Positions 39,781-52,941 of a stretch of DNA of 64,000 bases are shown piece after piece. The stretch is from a bacterium (lineage in GTDB: Bacteria; UBA8248): contig CBDATS010000004.1 of assembly GCA_965200245.1 (NCBI GenBank), positions 640,001 through 704,000 of the forward strand. The letters are read 5' to 3'. Position 1 is the stretch's first letter. Every line of letters begins with the position of its first letter. The notes under the pieces were generated by a model, which searched no databases, had not been told where the DNA came from, and saw nothing but the letters and a program-made list of their open reading frames with translations. A program made the position numbers and the translations under genes.

Positions 39781-40113
39781 ATGGCAAAGCAACGAACCTA
39801 CTCCAAATACGCCCGGGAAGCCACTGTGCTTATGGGGGAACAGATCAAACTCGGACGCAAACAACGCCAGTGGTCAGAAAAAAATCTGGCGGAGCGGGCC
39901 GGTATCTCCAGAGCCACGCTGCAAAAAATTGAGAAAGGAGAAATGGGCTGCTCCGTTGGCCTGGTCTTTGAGGTCGCAACGCTTGTTGGTATCAAGCTGT
40001 TTGAATCCGACAATATGCGGCTCTCCAAACATATCGAGCACACGAGAGACAAAATTGCGCTGCTGCCGCAACGTATGAAAGTAACCGAAAAGACGGTACG
40101 GGATGATTTCTAA
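39781..40113 (+). CDS. XRE-family HTH antitoxin (HipB-like)
   Basis: LAERAGISRATLQKIEKG; overlaps the hipA start. Confidence 0.88.
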   Translation: MAKQRTYSKYAREATVLMGEQIKLGRKQRQWSEKNLAERAGISRATLQKIEKGEMGCSVGLVFEVATLVGIKLFESDNMRLSKHIEHTRDKIALLPQRMKVTEKTVRDDF

Positions 40114-41362
40114 CAGCGACAGGGAAGCCTTCGTCTGGATTTGGCTGCCGGACGAAACCACGCCAGTGGTCGCCGGACGGCTGGAAGCGGACAACGGTAA
40201 TGTTCTGTTCAACTACGGCAAGAGCTACCTGGAGCGCATTAACGATCATCCCCCTGCGATTCCGATTTACGAACCTGAGGTGCCGTTGCAGGCCGGAGTT
40301 TTACCGCTGCCGGAAGGATTAACCATGCCCGGCAGTATTCGGGACGCTGCCCCCGATGCGTGGGGTCGGCGTGTGATTATCAACAAGATGCTGGGACTCA
40401 AAGGTGCTGACACGGATACAGCCGAGCTGGGCGAACTGACCTGCTTGCTGGAGTCCGGTTCCGACCGGATTGGTGCACTCGATTTTCAGCGTTCACCGAC
40501 CGAGTATGTGCCGCGTGCCGCCAGCAACGTCAGCATGGAAGAACTGATTGAATCCGCTGAACGTGTCGAGAAAGGCGTCCTGCTCACGCCTGAACTGGAT
40601 CAGGCTTTGTTCCACGGCAGTTCCATCGGCGGTGCGCGTCCAAAAGCCTTGATCCAGGATCAGGGCAAAAAATACGTTGCCAAGTTTTCATCCAGCACCG
40701 ACCTCTACAACGTGATCAAAGCTGAATTCATCGCCATGCGGCTGGCACATCTTGCCGGACTGAATGCAGCGTCAGTAAAACTGGTCAAGGCCGCTAACAA
40801 AGATGTACTGCTGATCGAACGCTTTGACCGCCAGCCAAAAGACGGGAGTTGGTCACGCCGGGCCATGGTCTCGGCACTGACATTGCTCGGGCTGGATGAG
40901 ATGATGGCGCGTTACGCCAGCTATGAAACGCTTGCAGAAACCATTCGCCACCGTTTCACAGATCCGAAGGATACGTTGAAAGAACTGTTTTCACGGCTGG
41001 CCTTCAACATTCTGTGCGGCAATACCGATGACCATGCCCGTAACCATGCCGCCTTCTGGAACGGCAAGGAACCGACTTTGACACCAGCCTACGATATCTG
41101 CCCACAGGGGCGCACAGACAACGAGGCGTCTCAGGCGATGCTGATATCAGGCAACAACAATATGAGCCAACTCAAATCCTGCCTCGAAGCGGCGAACCAT
41201 TTCCTGCTTTCGGAAGACGATGCCCGCGCTATCTTCGGCCACTTGACCGAATCCATCGAAAAGCAATGGGACTCAGTATGCGAGGAAGCCGAATTGAGCG
41301 AAGTGGACAGGAAATTTTTCTGGGGAAGGCAGTTTCTAAACCCTTATTCGACCGAGCAATAG
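40103..41362 (+). CDS. hipA: HipA-family kinase toxin
   Basis: PDAWG, SSIGGARPK, ERFDR, NTDDHARNH, PAYDI. Confidence 0.92.
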   Translation: MISNSDREAFVWIWLPDETTPVVAGRLEADNGNVLFNYGKSYLERINDHPPAIPIYEPEVPLQAGVLPLPEGLTMPGSIRDAAPDAWGRRVIINKMLGLKGADTDTAELGELTCLLESGSDRIGALDFQRSPTEYVPRAASNVSMEELIESAERVEKGVLLTPELDQALFHGSSIGGARPKALIQDQGKKYVAKFSSSTDLYNVIKAEFIAMRLAHLAGLNAASVKLVKAANKDVLLIERFDRQPKDGSWSRRAMVSALTLLGLDEMMARYASYETLAETIRHRFTDPKDTLKELFSRLAFNILCGNTDDHARNHAAFWNGKEPTLTPAYDICPQGRTDNEASQAMLISGNNNMSQLKSCLEAANHFLLSEDDARAIFGHLTESIEKQWDSVCEEAELSEVDRKFFWGRQFLNPYSTEQ

Positions 41363-41458
41363 GTACCTGCTTTGAAAGGGCCCATTGATCCAAACGACAT
41401 TAAGGAAATTTCCGGGAAAAACCGTGACTCGGCCCTGAAGGTCGTAAAAATCCCAAAA

Positions 41459-43336
41459 TCAAAGGGTTATGGTGGTTCCCGCCGCCAGGGGGTCGTCGAG
41501 CGCGACGAGTAGAGCCTCCATCACGCGGGCCGGGTCGACGCGCCCCTCGAGAATCAGCATGAAACCGTCCATCAATTCGCGCCTCATCCAACCCGCGAAC
41601 ACCGCCGCCTCCTCGAATGCTGCCCTGTCCGTCTGCAGACCCCCGGAGCTTCCATCCAGAAATATCTCCCCGATTTTTTCCTCCAGGGTGCGAACGGGCG
41701 GACCCTTCTTCTCGAAGGACATTTCATAGGCGAGGAGTCCATCCTGAATGAAACAACAGTACCTCTCATCTCGCGTCTGGCCGGGTTCGACAATGATGAG
41801 CCTCCTCTTCTCGACGGAAGGCCCCGAGAGGGCGTATATCCTCGCCAGATGATGGACACGGGCGATATAGCGTCTGAGTTTCCCGGGCGAGGGTCCCTCC
41901 TCTCCCCAGGCTTTCTGCAGAAGAGAGAATACGCCCTTGTCCTCCTTTGGGAGACGCCCATCGAGGATACCTTCAAGCGTCTCAAAGAGTTTCGCGCATT
42001 CTGAGTCCGGCAGCCGGGGCGGGTTCTTCCCACGCGAGAGAGCACCGGGCTTTCCGGAATCGCACGGTGTTTCCGGCACCTTGCGGGGCAGCGGAAAGGC
42101 GGCGGAGATGGCACTCAGCAAATCGGTGAGTTGTGTTTTTTTCCGAAACGGACCGTAGTAGCAGGCACCGTCCTGCGCCAGACAGGAGACGCCGGAGACT
42201 CCGGGCCGGGCGCCGTTTGCCGAGAGCCTCAGGAAACCCCCGCCCGATACGGAGAGGTTCCCGTTTACCAGACTCGCTTTTTGCATCGCCCGGAACGCCT
42301 CTACGTTCATGACCAGTTCGCTTCGCAGGCTCTTCGCCTCTACCTGGCGGACACCCTTCAGTCTCTGGGCGAACCGGCTGGCGGACCGGTTCCTGGGATA
42401 GAACAGGTCCCGCACCGCCCGCTGTATGTCATTGGCCTTTCCTGCGAAGACGAGTTTTTCCTCCCTGTCATAGAGGCGGTACACGCCGCGACCGCGTGGC
42501 AGGGACTCGATCTGCGCCGGGTCGAACTGAATCCCTTCCGCCATCGGCGGGGAAACTTTCTCCTCAGATTGCTGAAACGCGAGCAGGGATTCGAGGCTAT
42601 CCAGTCCCAACAGCCGACACATTTGCATGAAGCGGATGAATAACTGTGCCGTCGTCTCGGCGTCGCCCAAAGCGCGGTGTCTCCCTTCCCCGGATTCGGG
42701 AAGACCGAGTGTAGCGCTCAGTTCGCCGAGATTGAAGCGTTTTTGGTTTGGCAGAAGCAGGTTTGCCAATTCGAACGTGCAGAGAACCGTAGGAGAAAAG
42801 TCGCGATTCAGGAATTCCCGGGCGTAATACTGAAGAAAATGGAGGTCGAAATTCGCGCAATGGGCGACGAACACGCAGCCTTCGATGAAGTCCAGAAATC
42901 CGGGCAGCACCTCCGTCAACCCTGGTTTGTCCGCCACCATGGCTTCGGTAATACCCGTCAGGCGAACGACGTTCCAGGGGATATCCCGGCCCGGGTTGAC
43001 CAGGGCGTCCCATGAATCCACCACCTCGCCCGCACGAATCCTGACGGCAGCCAACTCCGTGATCCGGTGCTGGGGAGGACGCCCGCCCGTGGTCTCGATG
43101 TCGACCACAGCGAATGTGGTTTGCGGAAAGTGGGGGCGGGAAAGCAAACGAGCGGCCTCGTCCACGCTCATGAGGCCACTCCTGCCGTTTCCGGAACTTC
43201 TCTCCAGAAGAGGCCCCAGGATAGCGAACGCCGCCAGATCGCCTATCTCTTCGAGGTTCAATGAGTTGAGAATGTATTGAAACGTGTCTGATTCCTGAAT
43301 CGCCAACTGTTCGTTTCGTGTCGTTTCCTGATCCAT
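41459..43336 (-). CDS. DnaQ-like exonuclease fused to a UvrC-like GIY-YIG region
   Basis: VDIETTG, AHCANFD, HRALGDA; LPRGRGVY...FAGKA; YYGPF. Confidence 0.82.
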   Translation of the reverse strand: MDQETTRNEQLAIQESDTFQYILNSLNLEEIGDLAAFAILGPLLERSSGNGRSGLMSVDEAARLLSRPHFPQTTFAVVDIETTGGRPPQHRITELAAVRIRAGEVVDSWDALVNPGRDIPWNVVRLTGITEAMVADKPGLTEVLPGFLDFIEGCVFVAHCANFDLHFLQYYAREFLNRDFSPTVLCTFELANLLLPNQKRFNLGELSATLGLPESGEGRHRALGDAETTAQLFIRFMQMCRLLGLDSLESLLAFQQSEEKVSPPMAEGIQFDPAQIESLPRGRGVYRLYDREEKLVFAGKANDIQRAVRDLFYPRNRSASRFAQRLKGVRQVEAKSLRSELVMNVEAFRAMQKASLVNGNLSVSGGGFLRLSANGARPGVSGVSCLAQDGACYYGPFRKKTQLTDLLSAISAAFPLPRKVPETPCDSGKPGALSRGKNPPRLPDSECAKLFETLEGILDGRLPKEDKGVFSLLQKAWGEEGPSPGKLRRYIARVHHLARIYALSGPSVEKRRLIIVEPGQTRDERYCCFIQDGLLAYEMSFEKKGPPVRTLEEKIGEIFLDGSSGGLQTDRAAFEEAAVFAGWMRRELMDGFMLILEGRVDPARVMEALLVALDDPLAAGTTITL

Positions 43337-43484
43337 GAACCTGCGCTTTTGTGAAGACATGGGGCGTAGTTCGCTGCACAAGCTCTTAATGTAGCAGAAA
43401 GCGACTCATGCTCATAGCCCTGTACCCTTAGGCTCGTTCACCAGTCGCTCTTGTTTTGGTATAAACCAGAGATATGATCTTTTC

Positions 43485-43910
43485 GTGAGGAGAGCAGCCT
43501 TGTTCGGAAGCATTGGAATGACGGAGTTGATCGTGATCATGGTGGTCGCCCTGATCGTCATCGGCCCCAAGCGTCTGCCGGAGTTGGCCCGCACGCTCGG
43601 GAAGGCACTGGGCGACTTCAAGCGCGCGACGTCGGACTTTCAGAACAGCTTCAGCATGGAAGACGACTACGACCTCGACGTGCTTGATGAAGAGGCGAAG
43701 AAGAGCGAGAAGAAGACGACAGACGACGATTCGGAAGACAACGAAGAAGACGACACGGTGAATGCGGACGCCGAGCCGAACCAATCCGAAACGCAGGCAT
43801 CCACGCCCGATACGGGCGACGACGCGCCTGAGACCGAAGCCACCGCTGCGGAGAACGAGGCGGCTGCGGGGAAGACCGGGCCCGCGCAAGAGGACGAAAA
43901 ACAGACGTGA
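43485..43910 (+). CDS. tatB: Twin-arginine translocase TatA/TatB subunit
   Basis: FGSIGMTEL...IGPKRLPELARTLGK, acidic tail. Confidence 0.85.
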   Translation: MRRAALFGSIGMTELIVIMVVALIVIGPKRLPELARTLGKALGDFKRATSDFQNSFSMEDDYDLDVLDEEAKKSEKKTTDDDSEDNEEDDTVNADAEPNQSETQASTPDTGDDAPETEATAAENEAAAGKTGPAQEDEKQT

Positions 43911-44665
43911 GCGGCGATACCTCCATGTCCCTCACCGGGCACCTGACGGAACTGCGTAACAGAATCCTCTACATCCTGGGCACGATCCTCGTCGTGTTCC
44001 TGAGTGCCTATTATTTTTCAGCCGAACTTCTGACCCTCATGCAGCGCCCCATCGCAGAACAGAAACTCGTTTTTCTCTCGCCGACGGAGGCGTTTTTCGC
44101 GCACATCAAGGTCTCGTTCTTCGCCGCCGTGTTCATCAGCCTGCCCATCATCCTGTTCCAGATATGGCGCTTCTGCGCCCCCGGCCTGCTGGATCGCGAG
44201 AAGCGTTATATCGTGCCCTTCGTTTTTTTCTCGACGCTGAGCTTCATTGTTGGAGCTCTGTTCTGTTATTTCCTGATACTGCCTTACGGCCTCGCCTTCC
44301 TGTTGAGTTTCGCCACCGAAGCGCTGACGCCGCAGATTTCGATAGGGTTCTACATCTCTTTCGCCTTCAAGCTCATCTTTACGTTCGGCCTCGTTTTCGA
44401 AGTGCCAATCGTCACCATTTTGCTCGTGCAGATCGGCGTCATCACGCCGGATTTCCTTTCGAAAAACAGAGGCTATGTCATCGTCGGTGCTTTCGTTCTC
44501 TCCGCCCTGCTCACGCCGCCCGACGTGGTGACGCAGGTGTTTCTCGCAGGTCCCGTCATCGTGCTGTTCGAGATAAGCATTATCGTTTCGAAAATCATCA
44601 TGAAGCGGAAGAAAAAGCGCCAGGAGGAATGGGAAAAGCAATGGGAAGACGACGATCCGGACTAG
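43907..44665 (+). CDS. tatC: Twin-arginine translocase TatC
   Basis: HLTELRNR, SPTEAF, APGL, FEVP, TPPD. Confidence 0.96.
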   Translation: MSGDTSMSLTGHLTELRNRILYILGTILVVFLSAYYFSAELLTLMQRPIAEQKLVFLSPTEAFFAHIKVSFFAAVFISLPIILFQIWRFCAPGLLDREKRYIVPFVFFSTLSFIVGALFCYFLILPYGLAFLLSFATEALTPQISIGFYISFAFKLIFTFGLVFEVPIVTILLVQIGVITPDFLSKNRGYVIVGAFVLSALLTPPDVVTQVFLAGPVIVLFEISIIVSKIIMKRKKKRQEEWEKQWEDDDPD

Positions 44666-44730
44666 ACTTCATGGTCGACCCTTTGCCCCTTATGTGAACC
44701 CGGTCCCCGGAAGCGAAAGAGGAGGCACTC

Positions 44731-45468
44731 TTGAATCCCCCGGACCCACGTGCCGAACTGGCCCCGGTCGATAGAATCATCTGCGCCCTGGATGTCCCCA
44801 CGCTTTCCGAGGCGATTCGCCTGATGGACACGCTGGAAGACGAAGCTCGCTGGTTCAAGATCGGGATGGAACTTTTCACAGGCGAAGGTCCTCCGGCCGT
44901 AGAAGCCGCACTCAAGCGCGGGGCAGGAGTTTTTCTCGACCTGAAATACCACGACATTCCCGCCACGGCCCAAAGGGCCGTGAAATCGGCGGGCGAGTGG
45001 GGGGTATCGTTACTGACCGTACATGCGGCAGGCGGCCCCGCCATGCTGGAAGCCTGTGCGCGAGGCCGGGATACGTGCCGCAATCCACCGGCCATCCTTG
45101 CTGTCACGGTGCTCACGAGCCTGGATGCGCGGGCGCTTCGCGCCATTGGCATCTCAGAAGAGGTCGAAGCCCAGGTGCTCGCCATGGGTCGCCTAAGCCA
45201 GGAGGCCGGTCTTGACGGCGTGGTCGCCGCTCCCGGGGAGGTGGCTGCACTCAGACGTTCACTGGGCGATGAACCCCTGATCGTGACGCCAGGGGTTCGG
45301 CTCGAAAGTGATGCGCATGACGATCACTCCCGTGCGCAAACACCCTCGCGCGCGATTCGGGACGGTGCGAACCTGCTGGTAGTCGGCAGGCCCATCCGTG
45401 ATGCGCAAGAACCCAAAGCCGCCCTGCGCGCTTTCGTGGACGCTATCGCACGCGCGCAATCCCGGTGA
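44731..45468 (+). CDS. pyrF: Orotidine-5'-phosphate decarboxylase
   Basis: ALD, FLDLKYHDIPAT, VTVLTS, TPGVR, VVGRPI. Confidence 0.96.
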   Translation: MNPPDPRAELAPVDRIICALDVPTLSEAIRLMDTLEDEARWFKIGMELFTGEGPPAVEAALKRGAGVFLDLKYHDIPATAQRAVKSAGEWGVSLLTVHAAGGPAMLEACARGRDTCRNPPAILAVTVLTSLDARALRAIGISEEVEAQVLAMGRLSQEAGLDGVVAAPGEVAALRRSLGDEPLIVTPGVRLESDAHDDHSRAQTPSRAIRDGANLLVVGRPIRDAQEPKAALRAFVDAIARAQSR

Positions 45469-45481
45469 GTGTCCACACGCC

Positions 45482-45739
45482 ATGAAAGGGGAAACACAGC
45501 GGATTCGCCTCACCGTTCAGGGCCGGGTGCGGGACGCCTGATATCGGGACAGCCTCCAGGAAATCGCCTGGGAACCCGGCCTCACGGGAAGGATGAGAAA
45601 TTCAGCCGACCGAGGCGGTGATTTGGACGCCGAAGGCGAGGTCTCCCTGCTCAAATCCTTCAGGACATGGTGCCGGCAGGGACCGCCTCCAGCAACAATC
45701 GATAACATTCCTGCAGGACAAAACGACACTCTGTGGTGA
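45482..45739 (+). pseudogene. acyP: Acylphosphatase pseudogene
   Basis: VQGRVRDA*YR...GLTGRMRN...AEG...WCRQGPP; in-frame TGA and eroded GRVQGV motif. Confidence 0.75.
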
Positions 45740-45768
45740 ACCGGCGTTGTTCGGGGTGCGCTGAACCG

Positions 45769-46668
45769 CTAGACACCCGAAAATCCGGTCCAGAAGATGA
45801 GGTAGGAGGAAATGGCGTTCAGGTAGTTCGAGATCAGCAGGAGGCCCACGAGCAGGAGCATGGCGCTGCTCGCTATTTCCACCCCGTGGAAATAGCGCCG
45901 GAAAGACTGATAGAACCGGAAGAAATACCCCACGCACAGGCCGCTCAGGAGAAAAGGAACGCCCAGACCCGCGGAATAGCTTGCCAGCAAAACGACGCCC
46001 TGGCCCGCCGTTTGCTGCGTACCCGCAAACAGGAGGATGCTCCCGAGAATCGGGCCGACGCAGGGCGTCCAGCCGGCGGCGAAAGTAACGCCCACCAGCA
46101 TGCTGCCGAGCCAGCCTGCGGGCTTGCTCTTCAACATGATACGGCTCTCCGAGGAAAGCACGGGCGCGAAAACGGCCACGAAGACATAGAGAGCGCCGGC
46201 CGAGAACACCCCGCCCAGTGTGGGATAGCCTTTTTGCAGACCCGCCAGCCCCGCCAGGAAAACCACGGCGGCGAACGCACCGCTCACAGCGGTCGGTTTT
46301 TCGGAGAAAAATCCCTGAACCCTGAAATCGAAGGCCCTGTCGCCGACGTAGAGGCCAAACATGGTGATCAAGATGCCGCCCAGTAGCCTTATGTGGTCCT
46401 GAAATTCAAAGAGGAGGTTCCCCAGAAAAGACACGCTGGCACCCAGCAGGACGAAGACGATGGAAAATCCCGCGACGAAGAACAGGGAATTCACCAGGGT
46501 GACGCTTCGAACGCGGGCGGCCTCGCCGCTCTCGCGTATTTCCTCATAGGACAAACCGGTCAGGTAGGAAAAATAGCTGGGAACCAGCGGGAGAATGCAG
46601 GGGGAGGCGAAACTCAACACCCCCGCCGCAAAAGCGAGGCTCAAGGACACGTTTTCCGGGGCCATCAT
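45769..46668 (-). CDS. ccdA: Cytochrome c biogenesis CcdA/DsbD-type protein
   Basis: SFASPCILPLVP, GWTPCVGPILG, GLGVPF. Confidence 0.9.
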   Translation of the reverse strand: MMAPENVSLSLAFAAGVLSFASPCILPLVPSYFSYLTGLSYEEIRESGEAARVRSVTLVNSLFFVAGFSIVFVLLGASVSFLGNLLFEFQDHIRLLGGILITMFGLYVGDRAFDFRVQGFFSEKPTAVSGAFAAVVFLAGLAGLQKGYPTLGGVFSAGALYVFVAVFAPVLSSESRIMLKSKPAGWLGSMLVGVTFAAGWTPCVGPILGSILLFAGTQQTAGQGVVLLASYSAGLGVPFLLSGLCVGYFFRFYQSFRRYFHGVEIASSAMLLLVGLLLISNYLNAISSYLIFWTGFSGV

Positions 46669-46763
46669 TCTCCCTCATCCTGTTCCCGGCCGCCATGCGC
46701 ACGATACGAGCCTTTACCTGCCACAGGAAAACGGACTCCGGGCCGAAAGCAGGAAAAACCGAA

Positions 46764-49368
<2,605 letters not shown>

Positions 49369-49372
<4 letters not shown>

Positions 49373-50973
49373 GAAAATCCTAGTCTGACGAGGAATGCGT
49401 CGTGGACAAGGGGAATGGCGCGAATTTCGTTCATGACGGGCTCAGGCACCGGGTCGTCGAGTATCAGGATGGCGACAGCCATGTCCTGCTGCCACACCCT
49501 GCCCAACTGCATGCCCGCGATGTTGATGTTGTGGTTCCCCAGTAAGGTGCCGATTTTGCCGATCATTCCGGGCCTGTCTTCGTTTCGGAAAACAAGGAGA
49601 TAGCCTCGAAGCGCCACGTCGACCGAGTAGTCGTCTATCTGGACGATTCTGGGATCGCCTTTTCTCGGGAAAGTTCCCGCCACGGAGCGTTCTCCATGAT
49701 CGGTTCTCACGCGAAGTTCAATGAGGTCCGTATAGAGCAGATTGTCCGAACGGGTGGTGGTCCTCACTTCGATACCGCGCTCTTTCGCGAGCAGGAGGCC
49801 GTTCACCATGTTCACGCGCACACTCGACAGGAACCGACCCAGCATGCCCTTGATGGCCGAGGCGGCCAAGGCCATCATGGGCATCTCGATGGGGCCACCA
49901 TAGACCACCTCGAGCGTCTGCAGTCCCCCGCCCGCGAGCTGGGCCAGGAAATCGCCGAGGCGATCGGCCAGATCGAGATGGGGGCCGATCTGCTCAAGCA
50001 TTTCGGGGCCAAGGGAGGGCAGGTTCACGGCATGCCCGACCACGCCTTCGGTCAGATAGGCCACGACCTGCCTTGCCACGCTGGTCGCTACGTTCTCCTG
50101 CGCTTCAGAGGTCGAAGCGCCCAGGTGCGGCGTACAAACCACATCGTCACGCCCGATGAGCGGATCGTCCGAATCGGGAGGTTCTTTCTCATACACGTCC
50201 ACCGCGACGCCCGCCACCTTGCCACTTTCAAGCGCCTCGGCCAGTGCATGATTATCAATAAGCCCGCCTCGGGCACAGTTGATAATCCGAACGCCGTCAC
50301 GCATGGAGGCGAGCTCCGCAGCGCCAATCAGGTTCCCCGTTTCGGACGTTTTGGGAATGTGCAGGGTGATATAGTCCGACTGGGCCAGAAGTTCATCGAA
50401 GTCCACCGGGCTCACGCCGCGCTGTGAGATCACCTCGGCGGAAATATAGGGGTCATAGGCGAGAACATTCATCCCCAGGTTGCGGGCGAAGGTCGCCGTC
50501 TGCGAACCCACGCGCCCCATGCCAACGACGCCCAGGGTTTTGGAAGACAGTTCGCTGCCCACGAAGCGGTTGCGTTCCCATTTCCCTCCCTTGAGAGAGG
50601 AGACGGCCGAAGGAATCTTGCGGGCGAGTGAGAACATCATCGCGACGGTATGCTCTGCCGTGGTGATGACGTTGCCGTCGGGCGCATTCACCACTAGAAT
50701 ACCGCGCATGCTGGCGGCATCGAGGTCCACATTGTCCACCCCGATGCCCGCGCGGGCAACCACCTTGAGCGTCTCGCCTGCACCCAGAAGTTCCTCGTCC
50801 ACGCGCGTGCCGCTCCTGATGATCAGAGCGTCCGCCATCTTCGCGGCTTCGAGTATTTTCTCGCGCGGCGATGAGGCGAGGTCAAGGATATCGAAACCCT
50901 CCTGGGTCTCAAGGATTTCCTTCGCCCTCGGGGATAACGGTTCGCAGATCACAACGCGATACGTCTGGCTCAT
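49369..50973 (-). CDS. serA: D-3-phosphoglycerate dehydrogenase
   Basis: RAGIGVDNVD, GMGRVG, NCARGG, TPHLGAST, C-terminal ACT domain. Confidence 0.96.
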
Positions 50974-52109
50974 TCGCTGAACACCTCTTGCGCCGCCGCA
51001 AGGCCGCGCCCCTTTTCAAGTACAAGGCCCAGTTCGGCCAAAGTCGATTCCAGCGCGCCGACCGTGACAAGCACATCGGATGAGTCCACATAGCCCAAGT
51101 GACCTATCCGGAATATCCTGCCGCTCAGGCCGTCCTGTCCGCCAGCGATGGTCACACCATGCACACCCTGCATCCGCCTCGGAATGGCCTTGCCATCGAC
51201 TCCATCGGGCACGCAAACGGTGGTCAGGGCCTCGCTTCTCGAATCGCGGGGAAAGATAGTCAGTCCCATCGCCTCGACCGCAGCCTGCGTGGCTCGTGCA
51301 AGCCTCGCATGGCGCGCGAAAATATTCTCCAGACCCTCCTCGCGCATCATGTCGAGCACGACCGCCAGTCCCGCCAACAGCGAGATTGCGGGCGTCCAGG
51401 CGGTGGTGTTCTTCATCTGGCTCTTTCGCTCGATGGAGAGGTCGAAATAATACCTGGGCGAGGTCGATTCCGACGTCGCGCGCCAGGCCCTCTCGCTCAT
51501 CCAGACGAAGGCCAGTCCGGGCGGAAGCATCAATGCTTTCTGGCTCCCGGTAATCACGACGTCAATATCCCATTCATCGGTCTTGAGGTCGTAGACGCCC
51601 AGCGCGGTGATGGCGTCCACCACCACGAGCGTATCAGGCGAGCGCTCGCGCACGATGCGCGCGACGGACTGCACATCGTGCTTGGCTCCTGTCGAGGTCT
51701 CGCTCGCCTGCATCAGCAGGGCCTTGTGTCCCCCCCGCGCGAGGCGTTCTTCCAGTTCGTCCAGGCCCACTGAACGGCCCCATTCGACTTTCAGAACGTC
51801 CGCCTCGATGCGGTAGGCCGCGCAAAGCTCCGTCCAGCGCTCGCCGAACTTGCCGCCTTCGATAACGAGCGCGGAATCGCCCGGGGAGAGCAGGTTCGCC
51901 ACCGCCGCCTCCATGCCGCCCGAACCTGAAGCGGCGAGGGTGATGACGTCACCGCTCGCCTGAAAAAGCCACTCGAGGCCGCGCCGTGCCCCTTCGAAGT
52001 GCGCCTCGAACTCCGGGGTGCGGTGATGAATCAGGGGCCGCGACATGGCTTCGAACACCCGGTGGGGAACCGGCGTGGGACCTGGGGCCATGAGATGTTT
52101 CTTGTTCAT
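50970..52109 (-). CDS. Class V aminotransferase (serine-glyoxylate/phosphoserine type)
   Basis: PGPTPV, ETSTG, DAIT, GSQKALMLPPG, FRIGHLG. Confidence 0.92.
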   Translation of the reverse strand: MNKKHLMAPGPTPVPHRVFEAMSRPLIHHRTPEFEAHFEGARRGLEWLFQASGDVITLAASGSGGMEAAVANLLSPGDSALVIEGGKFGERWTELCAAYRIEADVLKVEWGRSVGLDELEERLARGGHKALLMQASETSTGAKHDVQSVARIVRERSPDTLVVVDAITALGVYDLKTDEWDIDVVITGSQKALMLPPGLAFVWMSERAWRATSESTSPRYYFDLSIERKSQMKNTTAWTPAISLLAGLAVVLDMMREEGLENIFARHARLARATQAAVEAMGLTIFPRDSRSEALTTVCVPDGVDGKAIPRRMQGVHGVTIAGGQDGLSGRIFRIGHLGYVDSSDVLVTVGALESTLAELGLVLEKGRGLAAAQEVFSE

Positions 52110-52336
52110 TTTCTCGCCTCTTTCCTTGCCTTTGCCATTGCGAACAACCACGGAATTCCAAGCAACAAAGATATACCATTCCACAAAAACCCCTCAAGCG
52201 GATAGCTCCTGAAAATCGACCCCCAAGCGTCGTTCCCTGTCGTTTTCGCCGGATGAGAACAGGGAAACTTCTGGAACAAAGCGTGGAACGGCGCACCTGG
52301 AACACGCCTTCGCTCGAGAAGCGATATCCTACCGGA

Positions 52337-52730
52337 TCAGTCATTCATGCGCACCCCTATGGAGCCTTTGAGCAGATGAAAGTTTCCCATATCGAAGAAC
52401 ACCCGGAGATTCTCCCCCACCCGGGCGCGAAAATGACCTTCCTCCTTCACGCGGGGGTCAATCTCCCCCAGGGGAATCCGGCGCACGCGGAAGACGAAAG
52501 CCGTGTTTTCGTATACCGTCATATGAGGACAGGAGACATCGTTCTGGAACACCATGGCCATGTTGCGATCCCTGGCGGGACTCCCGTTCATGCGCCCACC
52601 CGACACACGTATCTCGCCCCCGCGGGAAACTCCAGACCCGCCACCATCCGCAGCGTCGTCGTCTTCCCGCAGCCCGACGGTTCAACCAGGATCAGGAACT
52701 CTCCCTCTCGTTTGGTTGCGCGGCCGGGCA
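52337..52730 (-). pseudogene. Sugar ABC transporter ATPase remnant (MalK/UgpC-like)
   Basis: [25 protein letters not shown], frameshift, RDRNMAMVFQ...PHMTVYEN, then a large internal deletion. Confidence 0.8.
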
Positions 52731-52941
52731 TCAGGTGCTCATAATGGAAACTATCCATGACACAAAACAGGAGACGCGCGGTGAAGACGCAACTGGCGAT
52801 CATGGCCGTCGCGGCGATTGCCATCAGGGGGGCGGCGCAGGCTCCGGGTCGGAGACCGGACGTCAGGGTACGTATCGCTACCGAGGACACTTGTCCCTCA
52901 AATGGTTCGACATCGACTTGTTACCCAGGGGATGACCCGAG

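Larger units (their letters stand above)
29220..41400. mobile_element. Accessory island: phage-like mini-gene array plus TA/defence remnants
   Basis: Lower GC, many TA genes and fragments between paaK and the DnaQ-like gene; no integrase seen; boundaries approximate. Confidence 0.75.

Noticed and set aside
45539-45541. In-frame TGA in acyP as selenocysteine
   Set aside because: Not a Cys position, and neighbouring catalytic motifs are also degraded
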